Source: a virus
Length of the DNA: 35,176 nt
IMG/VR virus record: IMGVR_UViG_3300009695_000002
Location: 1-35,176 of that record
Reading direction: 5' to 3' (one strand)
A program made the translations under genes and the position numbers. Under the pieces are notes generated by a model. It saw only the letters and a list, made by a program, of their open reading frames with translations, was not told where the DNA came from and ran no database searches. Below, piece by piece: positions 16,295 to 24,292 of the stretch (its first letter is position 1; each line of letters opens with the position of its first letter).

Positions 16295-17820
16295 ACCAAG
16301 CCTCCGTAATTTGCAATAACATGGGGCTTAAAAGTAGCTTTCGGCTTAGTGACTTCTTTTCTAAAATGCAGGGCCACGTACTGCTGACAGTCGTGGGTAT
16401 GGGAGAACTCATTCTTGTCCGGCATGTCGTGGAACTTGTCGTGCGTGCCGCGCACCCGCTTTAAGTGATAGCTGCCTAAGAAGCCTTTGCGCAGCCGTGG
16501 GCACCCGGTCTTTGATACTTGAAAGGCGGCATGACCATCAATCAAGCGGGTCAGGAAGTGATTCACGGCGTCAATGCGGGGCGTTAGCGCGTTAGATGTC
16601 GCAGCTTCTACCTTGAAGCCTTTCAGGTTAAGCACATCAAAGCATGATCGCTCGTCGGTATCGCCGCGGCGGTTACCGGAGGGGTCAGCTACCGACTCAA
16701 TGGTATAGCCAGCTAAGGTAGTGGCGATAAAGGGGTCGATATGGTTAGTAATGAAGCCTTCCAAACCCATGTCTTCTGAGCAGAGTTCTTTAATGGCTAG
16801 CAGACGCCCACCTGGTGCTAACTGGCAAAAGATGGCGCTGGGTGTTAAGCCAAAATCCCAGCCGATGACGACAGGCACGCCAGGGATGAAGTCAACACCG
16901 TTAGCAGCGTGGATATCATCGTTGTAGGCAGAATAAACGGGTCGACCGTCAATGAAGTAGCCGTAATTGCCCATGACCTGGACATTAATATGCTCTTCGG
17001 TGCGACCGATAATGGCGTTTAAGTAGTAGTCTCTAGGCAAATTGGCAATGTTTTCAGCATCTATATTGGTCAGATAGCTACCGTCGTCTTGCTTAATAAG
17101 TCCGGGTGGTTGTTTGACGATGAAATAACCTTTAGGCTTTAACACCTCAAACTTTTTATAGAACCAGCTTTCAGAATCGGGGGGGTTGGTATCGAGTATG
17201 ACGCCATGCCAAAAAGGGGTTGGACATAAACCAGTGTTTGGGAATCGGCCAACACGCTCTTGACAGCGCTCAATGACAATCTCGGGTATGTTTCGGGCCT
17301 CGTTGATAAAGACGCCGGTTAGCTCCAATGATTCGAGCTTTTTGACATCTTCAGGTCTATCCAGCGCTAAAAAGTAGACTTCAAGCTCAATAACGCCTTT
17401 GCCATCGTTAAAGCTTGCCATGTAGCGAATAGGCGTTTTCATGCGCAGATGGGTCTGGCCGAGGTCGGCAAACCACATATTCCACGTAGCAAGCGTGGTT
17501 GTTTCCAGCTCGCCGTAGGTGTTGCGTATGATGGCCCAACGCGCGCGTCTAACGCCGTCAATGCACCTCGGCGCACCAACGGTCTTGAGTACTATTTCTG
17601 CGCAATTAGCTGTTGATTTGCCGCTACCCACTGGGCCCATGATGGCGCGCACGAAATCTGGGGATTTATGAAACTTATAGCCGGTGACGGATGGCTTGTA
17701 GTAGAGTCCGCTTTGCATCATCATGAAGCTGCAGCCGTGCACGGCGATATGCCAGTCATTGACGCTATCGTGGGCACGTTTGATGTCTTCAAATTGCTTT
17801 CGTAACGCGGTCACACTCAT
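16291..17820 (-). CDS. terL: Terminase large subunit
   Basis: Walker A motif GPVGSGKST, then LTGVFINEA (Walker B-like) and a C-terminal nuclease-like region. It follows terS with a 4-nt overlap. Confidence 0.9.
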   Translation of the reverse strand: MSVTALRKQFEDIKRAHDSVNDWHIAVHGCSFMMMQSGLYYKPSVTGYKFHKSPDFVRAIMGPVGSGKSTANCAEIVLKTVGAPRCIDGVRRARWAIIRNTYGELETTTLATWNMWFADLGQTHLRMKTPIRYMASFNDGKGVIELEVYFLALDRPEDVKKLESLELTGVFINEARNIPEIVIERCQERVGRFPNTGLCPTPFWHGVILDTNPPDSESWFYKKFEVLKPKGYFIVKQPPGLIKQDDGSYLTNIDAENIANLPRDYYLNAIIGRTEEHINVQVMGNYGYFIDGRPVYSAYNDDIHAANGVDFIPGVPVVIGWDFGLTPSAIFCQLAPGGRLLAIKELCSEDMGLEGFITNHIDPFIATTLAGYTIESVADPSGNRRGDTDERSCFDVLNLKGFKVEAATSNALTPRIDAVNHFLTRLIDGHAAFQVSKTGCPRLRKGFLGSYHLKRVRGTHDKFHDMPDKNEFSHTHDCQQYVALHFRKEVTKPKATFKPHVIANYGGLV

Positions 17821-18269
17821 TTTTTATTAACTTCCATCCACGTTTGCATTTCTTCTTTAAGCTCTAGTAGCTCGATTGTTTTCGGGTCACCGTAGCGTTT
17901 GGGTAACAACACTTTTGCAATGAATTTGCGGGTATCAATCCGCAATCGGTCGCGCTGTACTTTGGCTGTATTAGCCGTGTCGCCCGCTGCTGAAAAAATA
18001 CGGTCACCGCTTTCGTCATCAGCAATTTCTAATAACTCATCAACTAGAAAGTCGGCTTGCTGCTCTTTTGCGGCCCAATATTTTTTTCTGAAATCTTCTT
18101 TGTCTTTGAGCCACTGAAAGATGGTCTTAGGCGACGGCCATGTTGCTTTGTTATCTTTGCAAAGACTGCGAATACCACGCGACGAGGTAGCGATTTCGCC
18201 GCAAATCTCGGCTGCTATCTCGTCTGTGTAGTAGACGCCTTCTTGCTTAGGCTTTTTCTTTACTGTCAT
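17817..18269 (-). CDS. terS: Terminase small subunit
   Basis: YTDEIAAEICGEIATSSRGIRSLCKDN...PSPKTIFQWLKDKEDFRKKYWAAKEQQADFLVDELLEIAD...RLRIDTRKFIAKVLLPKRYGD matches the common terS pattern (Ps..tv..Wl...eF...y..Are..ad.l.dei..iaD...r..id.rkw.a.kl.PkkYGd). Confidence 0.8.
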   Translation of the reverse strand: MTVKKKPKQEGVYYTDEIAAEICGEIATSSRGIRSLCKDNKATWPSPKTIFQWLKDKEDFRKKYWAAKEQQADFLVDELLEIADDESGDRIFSAAGDTANTAKVQRDRLRIDTRKFIAKVLLPKRYGDPKTIELLELKEEMQTWMEVNKK

Positions 18270-18471
18270 CTTCGGCTATTACGTTATCAATGCCTTCGCG
18301 TGAATAGGCCTTCTTAAATCCACTCATGGCTTTCTTCGCATATTCTGTTTGCCCAATTCGTGCAATGACTCTATTCATATAATTGACGTAATCGTCATCA
18401 TTTAACGCTGCTATTTCATAATTATTCAGAACCGGTATTTCATAATCATTCAATGCTGCTATATCATTCAT
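18247..18471 (-). CDS. Hypothetical protein, about 74 aa, with three tandem 8-aa repeats
   Basis: Start taken at the ATG at 18471 (MNDIAALNDYEIPVLNNYEIAALNDDDY...). It overlaps the terS start by 23 nt. Confidence 0.5.
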   Translation of the reverse strand: MNDIAALNDYEIPVLNNYEIAALNDDDYVNYMNRVIARIGQTEYAKKAMSGFKKAYSREGIDNVIAEDDSKEKA

Positions 18472-18679
18472 CGTTGCTAGCATCTTCAGTTTTTGCTAAA
18501 TCTTTGGTTGCTTGCGCTTCTTTTTCAGCTAATTCTTTGTTTTCAGCTTCAATTGCTAGCACACATTTTTTGGCGATGTGTGAACACATATCAGCAGCTT
18601 CTAAGCCGACAGCTTTAATAGCCAAATTGCAGATGGTGATGACGGCCTGTAGTTCGTTTTGGTTAAAATCGATTTGCAT
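18464..18679 (-). CDS. Hypothetical protein, about 71 aa
   Basis: Start moved to the ATG at 18679 (MQIDFNQNELQAV...), with AGGA 5 nt upstream. No motif recognised. Confidence 0.5.
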   Translation of the reverse strand: MQIDFNQNELQAVITICNLAIKAVGLEAADMCSHIAKKCVLAIEAENKELAEKEAQATKDLAKTEDASNDE

Positions 18680-18686
18680 GTAAGTC

Positions 18687-18986
18687 CTACTCTTCGTTAA
18701 CAACAGGGGATTTCAGCGCGCTGTATAAGCTGTTAAATTGCTCGCCAAACTTTGCGCTAAAATTAGGGATGGTTTGTTTTGCAAGCTCAATAAATTCGAG
18801 CAACAAGTCTTGTTCTTCGATGCTCAAGTCCACAAAAAGTGGCGCTTCTTTGTCGTCGGTCTGCTGACAAACATCATCCAGCGTTACTCTAAACTTGCGT
18901 ACGCCGTCGTGACCAAGCTTGGCTTGAGTAAGCTCATAAAAAGTGCGGAAAGATTCAATATTTGCTTTGCTAAATTTGTAACGCAT
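18687..18986 (-). CDS. Hypothetical protein, 99 aa
   Basis: AAGGAG lies upstream of the ATG. The ORF follows the large fibre gene. Confidence 0.55.
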   Translation of the reverse strand: MRYKFSKANIESFRTFYELTQAKLGHDGVRKFRVTLDDVCQQTDDKEAPLFVDLSIEEQDLLLEFIELAKQTIPNFSAKFGEQFNSLYSALKSPVVNEE

Positions 18987-19000
18987 GGCAATCTCCTTGA

Positions 19001-22000
19001 TTAATGTTTGTGTTTGGATTTGGTTTCTAAATGCGAAACTTTCGCAATTAGCAAATTGATGGTTTCAGACATTTGTTTGATTGCGGCGGTGTTCATAGCG
19101 GTCATGCTGCCGTCTTTGATGAAGAAGCTCGCATCGTCTTTGTCTTCATCGCTGAGCTCTTCGTACTCGCCAAACGCAAGCTGCCTTGACTTGCCATCTT
19201 TGTCAGCAAGCTCAACGCGCGCGCCAGGAAAGCGGTTTGCGTAGAGTTCGCGGGCATCAAAGCCGATGCTGTCGTGTGCGTCTTCGAGTAGCTTGTAGCG
19301 GATGACGCGGGTGTCGCTGAGGAATGCCAGCGGGGATGCGAATTTAGCGGACATCGAGCCCATAATTGCTTCAGTAATATCTTTCTTTAGCCGGATGTCA
19401 GACGTTGTAACAACGCCGCCGGCAAGATACCCAATGCCAAATCGATTTGTTGATGTGCCGATGTTATTTGAGCCGTTATTTCGCGAATGCAGCGCGCCGC
19501 CGAGTATCATCCTGTCATTGTCTATGCCAAAAGCCCAGTCATTCCCGGTGCCAGGCGCTGAGCTGCTAAACGAGTTGATTGATGTATTCAGGTAGAAGAA
19601 CATGGCGTTGCCGGAGCCAAACGTTGCGCTATGATAGGTCTTAACAAAGTGCGCCCAACCCGAGTCTGAGCCGCTGGCATTGGTTACAGAAAAAGACATT
19701 TGGTTGCTGGCGGTTGCCGGAAAACCAGACTTTTCACCGCCGCCGATACTCACCCAGGCCCTGGGCGTTGTCGTGTCGCCAAAGCCTGCTTGCCCACCGC
19801 TTCGAAAGATGAATTGGGTTGGCGTGACATTGCCTTCAACGCCCAAGTCATGCGATAAGCGCAAGCTCAGCGACGTATGCATGGCCGTGCCAGATTTTTC
19901 GTATGCGCCCACATCCCATTTTGCGATATTGGCATCTGTGTAACCGACGACACCATTAAGCGCAAAAACTGCCACGGTTTTTGGTGCTAGCATTGTGCCG
20001 ATGCTTGACGCATTAAACCCAGCGTTAGCGCCGGTTGATGGATAGTTAAAAATGGCTGGCCAAGATGCGGTGGGCATAGTTGGGATACTGGTTGGTGTTC
20101 CGCCAACAGTTAGCAGCGCGCTGTTAGCGAGCTGGTTGTTATAGCCCACACCAAGCGTTGAGAACGCGGATGGTTCGCCGACGCTTGCAAATTCTTGATA
20201 GAGATAAGCGCCAGTTGATGTCTTGTATTTTGATTTAACAGACGGTATGGTTTCGTCAACATAAAGATTGAGTTGTTTATTATTTGTAAACGAGCCATCG
20301 GCTAAGTAATTGGTATCAACACCGCTTAAGCCGTAAGTGCCGGTTGCAATCGCCGAACGCGCTTGCGCATCACTGTATGAGCCTTGGACAAAGTCAACCC
20401 AAGCCGTACCGTTATAGCCTCTAAATGAGCTAGTTGCGGAATCGTATCCGATAACGCCAGTAGCTGCTGTTGCTGTGCCTGACAGCAACAAGCTGGTTGT
20501 TCTGACTGTCGTTGCGTATAGATTTGCCCAAATGTTGCTGGGTCCGCCGAGCGCGCCCGTGTTAGTTGTAAAAGGTCGGAAATAGTTGCTGACGGCATTG
20601 AATTCTTGTGTCGCTGTGAACGTGCCGGCAGCGGTTAAATCGACGTTGTTGACATAGCCAACTTTAATTACCGATGTGCTTGAGCTATTCGTCACAAAGC
20701 ACATCATGTTGCTTGCCATTTTCATGATGCCAGTGCGTTTGTTGCCGCCCGAATCGCACACAAATCCCGTGCCGTCTGTTCCAAGCCGATAGTTGCCAGA
20801 AGTCGTAATATCACCGGTTGCGGAAAGCGTGCTAGAGCCTGTTATTGCGCCGGTAGCGGCAATCGTGCCGGTCGTTGAGAAGTTTGTTGAGCTCCACGCA
20901 CCGGGCAATGACCCGCCGGTGCCATTTATGTCAATTGCTAGTCGGTTTCCGGTGCCTGGCGCTGTTGAGCCGGCTTGCGTTGCGCTGCTATTCAGGTAGA
21001 TGCGAATCCAGTTATTTGGGCTTGACGCAACGCCGGTATGACCACTTTGAATAAAATGCGTGAAGCCGCCGGTCAAATATTCAAGTGTAAATTGCGCTAA
21101 ATTGTTGCTAGTATCGACCGAATCATTACCGCCAGAAATATTGACCAGACCATAATTTTTTGAGTTTGCTGCTACTTTTAAATTTAGCTTGTCAGCGTTC
21201 CAACCACCCGGCAGCAACCCGCCGCCATTGTTAACTTCAAAGCGCTTAGTGCTACCAGTGCCGGCTGCTGAGGAGCCGGAAACTGTTGTGCTGTTGTTTA
21301 AGTAAAGCTCGAAGGCGTTGTTTAATGTATCAGTAAGCGTTCCGCTGTGCCGCGTTCTTAAGTAATGCGAAAATCCGCCAGTATCAAGCTCTAAACCGAG
21401 CTGCACGACTGTGCCAACGCCGGCACCAGTTGCGCCGCCACCGATGGTTAGCTTGCCGCGGTTTTGCGCATTTGCGCCGGCGTTTAAGAAAAGCTTGTCA
21501 GAGCTCCAAGAGCCGGGCAATGAGCCGCCTGCGCCATTTATCTCTAGTGACAGCCTATTACCGGTGCCGGGCGCCGTTGAGCCTGTGCTGGTCGTGCTGC
21601 TATTGACATAGAATCGCACCCAGTTGTCGGCGCCGGCCACGTTATGATGGTTGCTTTGAACAAGATGCGCGAAGCCGCCGCCACTTGTGCCGTTAAACAA
21701 AAACGCCATCTGCACAGCATTGCCGCTAGCGTCCGCGGTATTATTGCCTTTTCCGACATTCAGCACGCCGATATTCTTTGTCGCGTCTGTAAAGCCGAGA
21801 CCGACATTTGAAAAGGTGGTATTAGTATTGGCGCCAACAAGAGAAAAGTCATACGTATTGCTGGCATCTTTCTTCCAGCGCACATTGACTGTGTTGCTAG
21901 TCGTGTTGCCCCACAACATTGCTTGCGTGTTAGCAAGCGTTGTAGAGACTGCTGTGGCGAGCCCTATAGATAGATTTGTTACACTGATATTGCTTGCGTC

Positions 22001-22552
22001 AACTGCGTCTAGTGACGCTTTGTTGATTATTTTCGTGGCAGATGGGTTTGCTAAATGCGTGTCAACGAGCGCGTTTGCGTAGAATTTCTTGGTTAATTCT
22101 GTTATTTGGTCGGTGTTATAGTCACCATCCATTGCGCCGATGGCGCCGGTTCTGCCAAATACGCTTGGCACGGGCACGCTAAAAAGCAATTCGACCCAGT
22201 TTGCTAGCGTCGAAGCCGGCAGCTGACTTAAAACAAAGGTCTTGCTAAGGTCTGTGCGCACAGCTGTTGAGCCAAGCGGTGCAGCAAGCGCAAGCATCGC
22301 AGCTTGTGATGCAACAACAAACGTTTCACCGGTAACTTGAGCTGGCCTCTGGCCCACAAGCAGCTTTCCGTCAGGACCGAGCGTTGCAAAGTGATTAGCT
22401 GTGCCGCCGAGCTTTGTTAGAACGTATTCGCCAATTGATAGCGGAAAAGCTTTGTATGTGCCGGTGCCGTCACGGCTAATAAGGGTGACGTCCGTGTCAT
22501 ACAGCTGTCCACTATCGGGGAACTCGCTAAACTTTTTCGGGGTATTTGGCAT
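19001..22552 (-). CDS. Large tail fibre (1183 aa) with four internal modules of about 70 aa and a C-terminal intramolecular chaperone (peptidase S74-like) domain
   Basis: Fibre motifs include LSQLPASTLANWVEL and VPSVFGRTGAI..MDGDY. The module GGF.H.....H.......N....Y.N.S.....S.APGTGN recurs four times. The TTSDIRLKKDI motif (about 19383-19415) is typical of the endosialidase-chaperone domain, and a coiled-coil tail follows. Confidence 0.85.
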   Translation of the reverse strand: MPNTPKKFSEFPDSGQLYDTDVTLISRDGTGTYKAFPLSIGEYVLTKLGGTANHFATLGPDGKLLVGQRPAQVTGETFVVASQAAMLALAAPLGSTAVRTDLSKTFVLSQLPASTLANWVELLFSVPVPSVFGRTGAIGAMDGDYNTDQITELTKKFYANALVDTHLANPSATKIINKASLDAVDASNISVTNLSIGLATAVSTTLANTQAMLWGNTTSNTVNVRWKKDASNTYDFSLVGANTNTTFSNVGLGFTDATKNIGVLNVGKGNNTADASGNAVQMAFLFNGTSGGGFAHLVQSNHHNVAGADNWVRFYVNSSTTSTGSTAPGTGNRLSLEINGAGGSLPGSWSSDKLFLNAGANAQNRGKLTIGGGATGAGVGTVVQLGLELDTGGFSHYLRTRHSGTLTDTLNNAFELYLNNSTTVSGSSAAGTGSTKRFEVNNGGGLLPGGWNADKLNLKVAANSKNYGLVNISGGNDSVDTSNNLAQFTLEYLTGGFTHFIQSGHTGVASSPNNWIRIYLNSSATQAGSTAPGTGNRLAIDINGTGGSLPGAWSSTNFSTTGTIAATGAITGSSTLSATGDITTSGNYRLGTDGTGFVCDSGGNKRTGIMKMASNMMCFVTNSSSTSVIKVGYVNNVDLTAAGTFTATQEFNAVSNYFRPFTTNTGALGGPSNIWANLYATTVRTTSLLLSGTATAATGVIGYDSATSSFRGYNGTAWVDFVQGSYSDAQARSAIATGTYGLSGVDTNYLADGSFTNNKQLNLYVDETIPSVKSKYKTSTGAYLYQEFASVGEPSAFSTLGVGYNNQLANSALLTVGGTPTSIPTMPTASWPAIFNYPSTGANAGFNASSIGTMLAPKTVAVFALNGVVGYTDANIAKWDVGAYEKSGTAMHTSLSLRLSHDLGVEGNVTPTQFIFRSGGQAGFGDTTTPRAWVSIGGGEKSGFPATASNQMSFSVTNASGSDSGWAHFVKTYHSATFGSGNAMFFYLNTSINSFSSSAPGTGNDWAFGIDNDRMILGGALHSRNNGSNNIGTSTNRFGIGYLAGGVVTTSDIRLKKDITEAIMGSMSAKFASPLAFLSDTRVIRYKLLEDAHDSIGFDARELYANRFPGARVELADKDGKSRQLAFGEYEELSDEDKDDASFFIKDGSMTAMNTAAIKQMSETINLLIAKVSHLETKSKHKH

Positions 22553-22689
22553 CAGACGTCGGTCACTATGTAGTCGCCGCCATCGCTGATTAAGCGCGTG
22601 CCGCTATCGTCTGCAATCCAATGCTCGTCAATTGGGGAATGCGCTGATTTCTTGCGGAAGAAGAAATAGTAGATTTGGTTGATTGCCAT
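22552..22689 (-). CDS. Small ORF, 45 aa, translationally coupled to the fibre gene (below the track cut-off)
   Basis: The minus strand reads MAINQIYYFFFRKKSAHSPIDEHWIADDSGTRLISDGGDYIVTDV. Its TGA shares one base with the fibre ATG (TGATG). The SD is weak. Confidence 0.4.
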   Translation of the reverse strand: MAINQIYYFFFRKKSAHSPIDEHWIADDSGTRLISDGGDYIVTDV

Positions 22690-22730
22690 CGCGCGCGCCC
22701 TATTTTTGCGTAATGGTCACCTTATACCGC

Positions 22731-22830
22731 GCCCAGAATGCTGGGGGCAGATGCAATATATACAGGGCTGTAGTTGGCGTGCAGGGGTGTATGGAGAGTA
22801 CAGGGGTGTAGGATTAATAGAGGGGTAGCT
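22731..22830 (-). promoter_or_regulatory. Putative activator-dependent late promoter: a -10-like TATAAG with no good -35, preceded by 4-5 G-rich boxes at a 19-bp period
   Basis: The plus-strand boxes are CTGGGGGCAGA (22741), CAGGGCTGTAG (22763), CAGGGGTGTAT (22782), CAGGGGTGTAG (22801) and GAGGGGTAGC (22820). The minus-strand TATAAG lies at 22731-22736. The region sits between the terminator at 22851-22877 and the first late ORF. Confidence 0.45.
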
Positions 22831-22850
22831 GCGCGTGATGTCAAAGTTTT

Positions 22851-22877
22851 GGCAAAGAAAAGGGCCGTTAGGCCCTT
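22851..22877 (-). terminator. Intrinsic terminator at the early/late boundary
   Basis: The minus strand reads AAGGGCC-TAAC-GGCCCTT followed by TTCTTTGCC, a 7-bp GC-rich stem running into a T-tract. The TAA stop of ORF 22868..23095 lies in the loop. Confidence 0.7.
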
Positions 22878-23095
22878 GTGGTGTTGCTAGCGTTTGTCTC
22901 GTCATCCTGCCAAATCTCAATCCATGCCGCAAATGAATCCCAAAAATGCTTGGCTAGGAAATGAGAGTCGCAATAGAAATAAATTGACGTTATGGGCGGA
23001 GTTTTATGATGATAACGTATAAAACTATCAAAACTATCAATGCAATCAAGTCTACTTACTTTATACGTAATTTTCTCTGAGTCCTTAATCATCAT
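22868..23095 (-). CDS. Hypothetical protein, 75 aa, last gene before the terminator
   Basis: Start taken at the second ATG after GGAGG (GGAGGCGCATGATG). The product MIKDSEKITYKVSRLDCIDSFDSFIRYHHKTPP... shows no recognised motif. It is preceded by 328 bp without ORFs. Confidence 0.5.
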   Translation of the reverse strand: MMIKDSEKITYKVSRLDCIDSFDSFIRYHHKTPPITSIYFYCDSHFLAKHFWDSFAAWIEIWQDDETNASNTTRA

Positions 23096-23402
23096 GCGCC
23101 TCCGCAACATCAATATCGACTACCACCCAACCGCTTCCAAAATGGAAATAGTTTAATATGCCCAATAGAACACCCAACCCAGCTTTAATCGCCATACAGC
23201 ACACGCCCAACATCTACCCGCAAAATTTACTATCTGTATATCCCCTATTGATACACAACAACCTGCTGTGTTAAAGTATCTGTGCGTTACTTGCATGCCG
23301 TGGCAACATTTCCATCACCTAGTGTCGTTTACGGCTTGTAAGTGTTCGCCGCTAGCTTAAATGGTAGCGTTTAACCATCGGGTAGATGGAAGCATCAAGC
23401 TT

Positions 23403-23429
23403 ATAGCCCCAGCCAATAACTGGGGCTAT
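23403..23429. other. 10-bp-stem hairpin directly after the stop of 23442..23684, with no U-tract
   Basis: ATAGCCCCAG (23403-23412), a 7-nt loop, then CTGGGGCTAT (23420-23429). Confidence 0.4.
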
Positions 23430-23441
23430 TAACACAGCAAA

Positions 23442-23684
23442 TCAAAATAAACGCCCAATATGTTCAAAAATATTTCTATCTGGCCCATCATAAAGCGAGC
23501 GCTTAGGCATGTGGTCCGCATAGTAAACACTGTTTGCGCATCCACCTTCTAGCTCTAGAAGGCTTGCCACAGAATTGCCAGATGTTTTATTCTCTTCTGA
23601 CTTTTCAACATTAGCTTTATCAAGCCTTTCAATGCTCTCAACAATTTTTATCAGCAAGCTCTTTATCTCTTCTAGCTCGCTCAT
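23442..23684 (-). CDS. Hypothetical protein, 80 aa, member of the MSE(I/L)E-start family
   Basis: GGAGG lies 6 nt upstream of the ATG at 23684. The product starts MSELEEIKSLLIKIVESIERLD.... The longer track ORF (to 23810) has a hydrophobic, low-quality extension. Confidence 0.6.
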   Translation of the reverse strand: MSELEEIKSLLIKIVESIERLDKANVEKSEENKTSGNSVASLLELEGGCANSVYYADHMPKRSLYDGPDRNIFEHIGRLF

Positions 23685-23832
23685 TATTAGCCTCCTCAGC
23701 ATTCTCATAATAAATATCGCGCAAAGGAATAAACGTAATATGACCATCAGCGCCAACCAAAAAAGGTTTCTCAATACATAAAGCGGTATGAAACTCAATG
23801 TAGCGCTCAAGCGCAGCTTCTATCTCACTCAT
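23638..23832 (-). CDS. Hypothetical protein, 64 aa, member of the MSE(I/L)E-start family
   Basis: Start taken at the ATG at 23832 (MSEIEAALERYIEFH...). It overlaps the upstream stop in the same GATGAGTGAGAT junction seen at 24282-24293. The 3' end overlaps the next gene by 47 nt. Confidence 0.45.
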   Translation of the reverse strand: MSEIEAALERYIEFHTALCIEKPFLVGADGHITFIPLRDIYYENAEEANNERARRDKELADKNC

Positions 23833-24292
23833 CCTTGGCATCCTCAGCAGGCTCAAGATCATCTTCTTTAGCACGAGTTATGCCGCCTCTATAACGCTCA
23901 AGTTCTTCGTCTTCAAAGCGTAGTCCATAACGTATTTCTGGAACGCTCTCAGTATCTTGCTGAAAGTGCCAGACGCCCTGAATTTCATCCTGCCAGCCCC
24001 AGTATTTGTCACGCTCAACAATTACAGCTATATAGTGATTATAGTCATTTCTTCTCAATCTCACTTTGTCACCAACATTAAACTTAAATTTAGCATCGTA
24101 ATTATCTTGCCAATAAATGACCGCTTCAGTATATATAGTGCTTATTTCATAGCATTTACTATAGCATATGCTCGTGAGCTCCCTTTTTACCATGCCTATC
24201 TTTTCAATCTCAGCCGAACTTGATTTGTCTATCTTTTTAATCTTATCAATATAGCGCTCAAGCGCAGCCTTTATCTTTTCAATCTCACTCAT
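23825..24292 (-). CDS. Hypothetical protein, 155 aa, member of the MSE(I/L)E-start family
   Basis: Start taken at the ATG at 24292 (MSEIEKIKAALERYIDKIKK...), with GGAGG 5 nt upstream. The C-terminus is acidic. Confidence 0.6.
   Translation of the reverse strand: MSEIEKIKAALERYIDKIKKIDKSSSAEIEKIGMVKRELTSICYSKCYEISTIYTEAVIYWQDNYDAKFKFNVGDKVRLRRNDYNHYIAVIVERDKYWGWQDEIQGVWHFQQDTESVPEIRYGLRFEDEELERYRGGITRAKEDDLEPAEDAKDE

Noticed and set aside
14277-16319. Plus-strand ORFs within the portal gene (14277..14501, 14423..14680, 14532..14744, 15069..15281, 15614..15928, 16013..16309, 16038..16319)
   Set aside because: They are antisense shadows of the portal ORF. None has start-site support.
19001-22552. 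Considered a diversity-generating retroelement targeting the fibre (internal DNA repeats as TR/VR)
   Set aside because: No reverse transcriptase ORF exists in the genome. Differences between the repeated segments (20890-21015 versus 21501-21627) involve all base types rather than adenine-specific changes. Both copies also lie inside the same ORF.
22717-22932. 71-aa minus-strand ORF spanning the terminator and the G-rich boxes
   Set aside because: It would read through an intrinsic terminator hairpin and the repeat array. The product is Pro/Arg/Cys-rich with no SD, so the region is better explained as regulatory DNA.
23340-23395. tRNA-like look of gctagcttaaatggtagcg (D-arm-like) in the ORF-free gap
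   Set aside because: No T arm (GGTTCxAxTCC), no anticodon arm and no acceptor pairing can be drawn around it.
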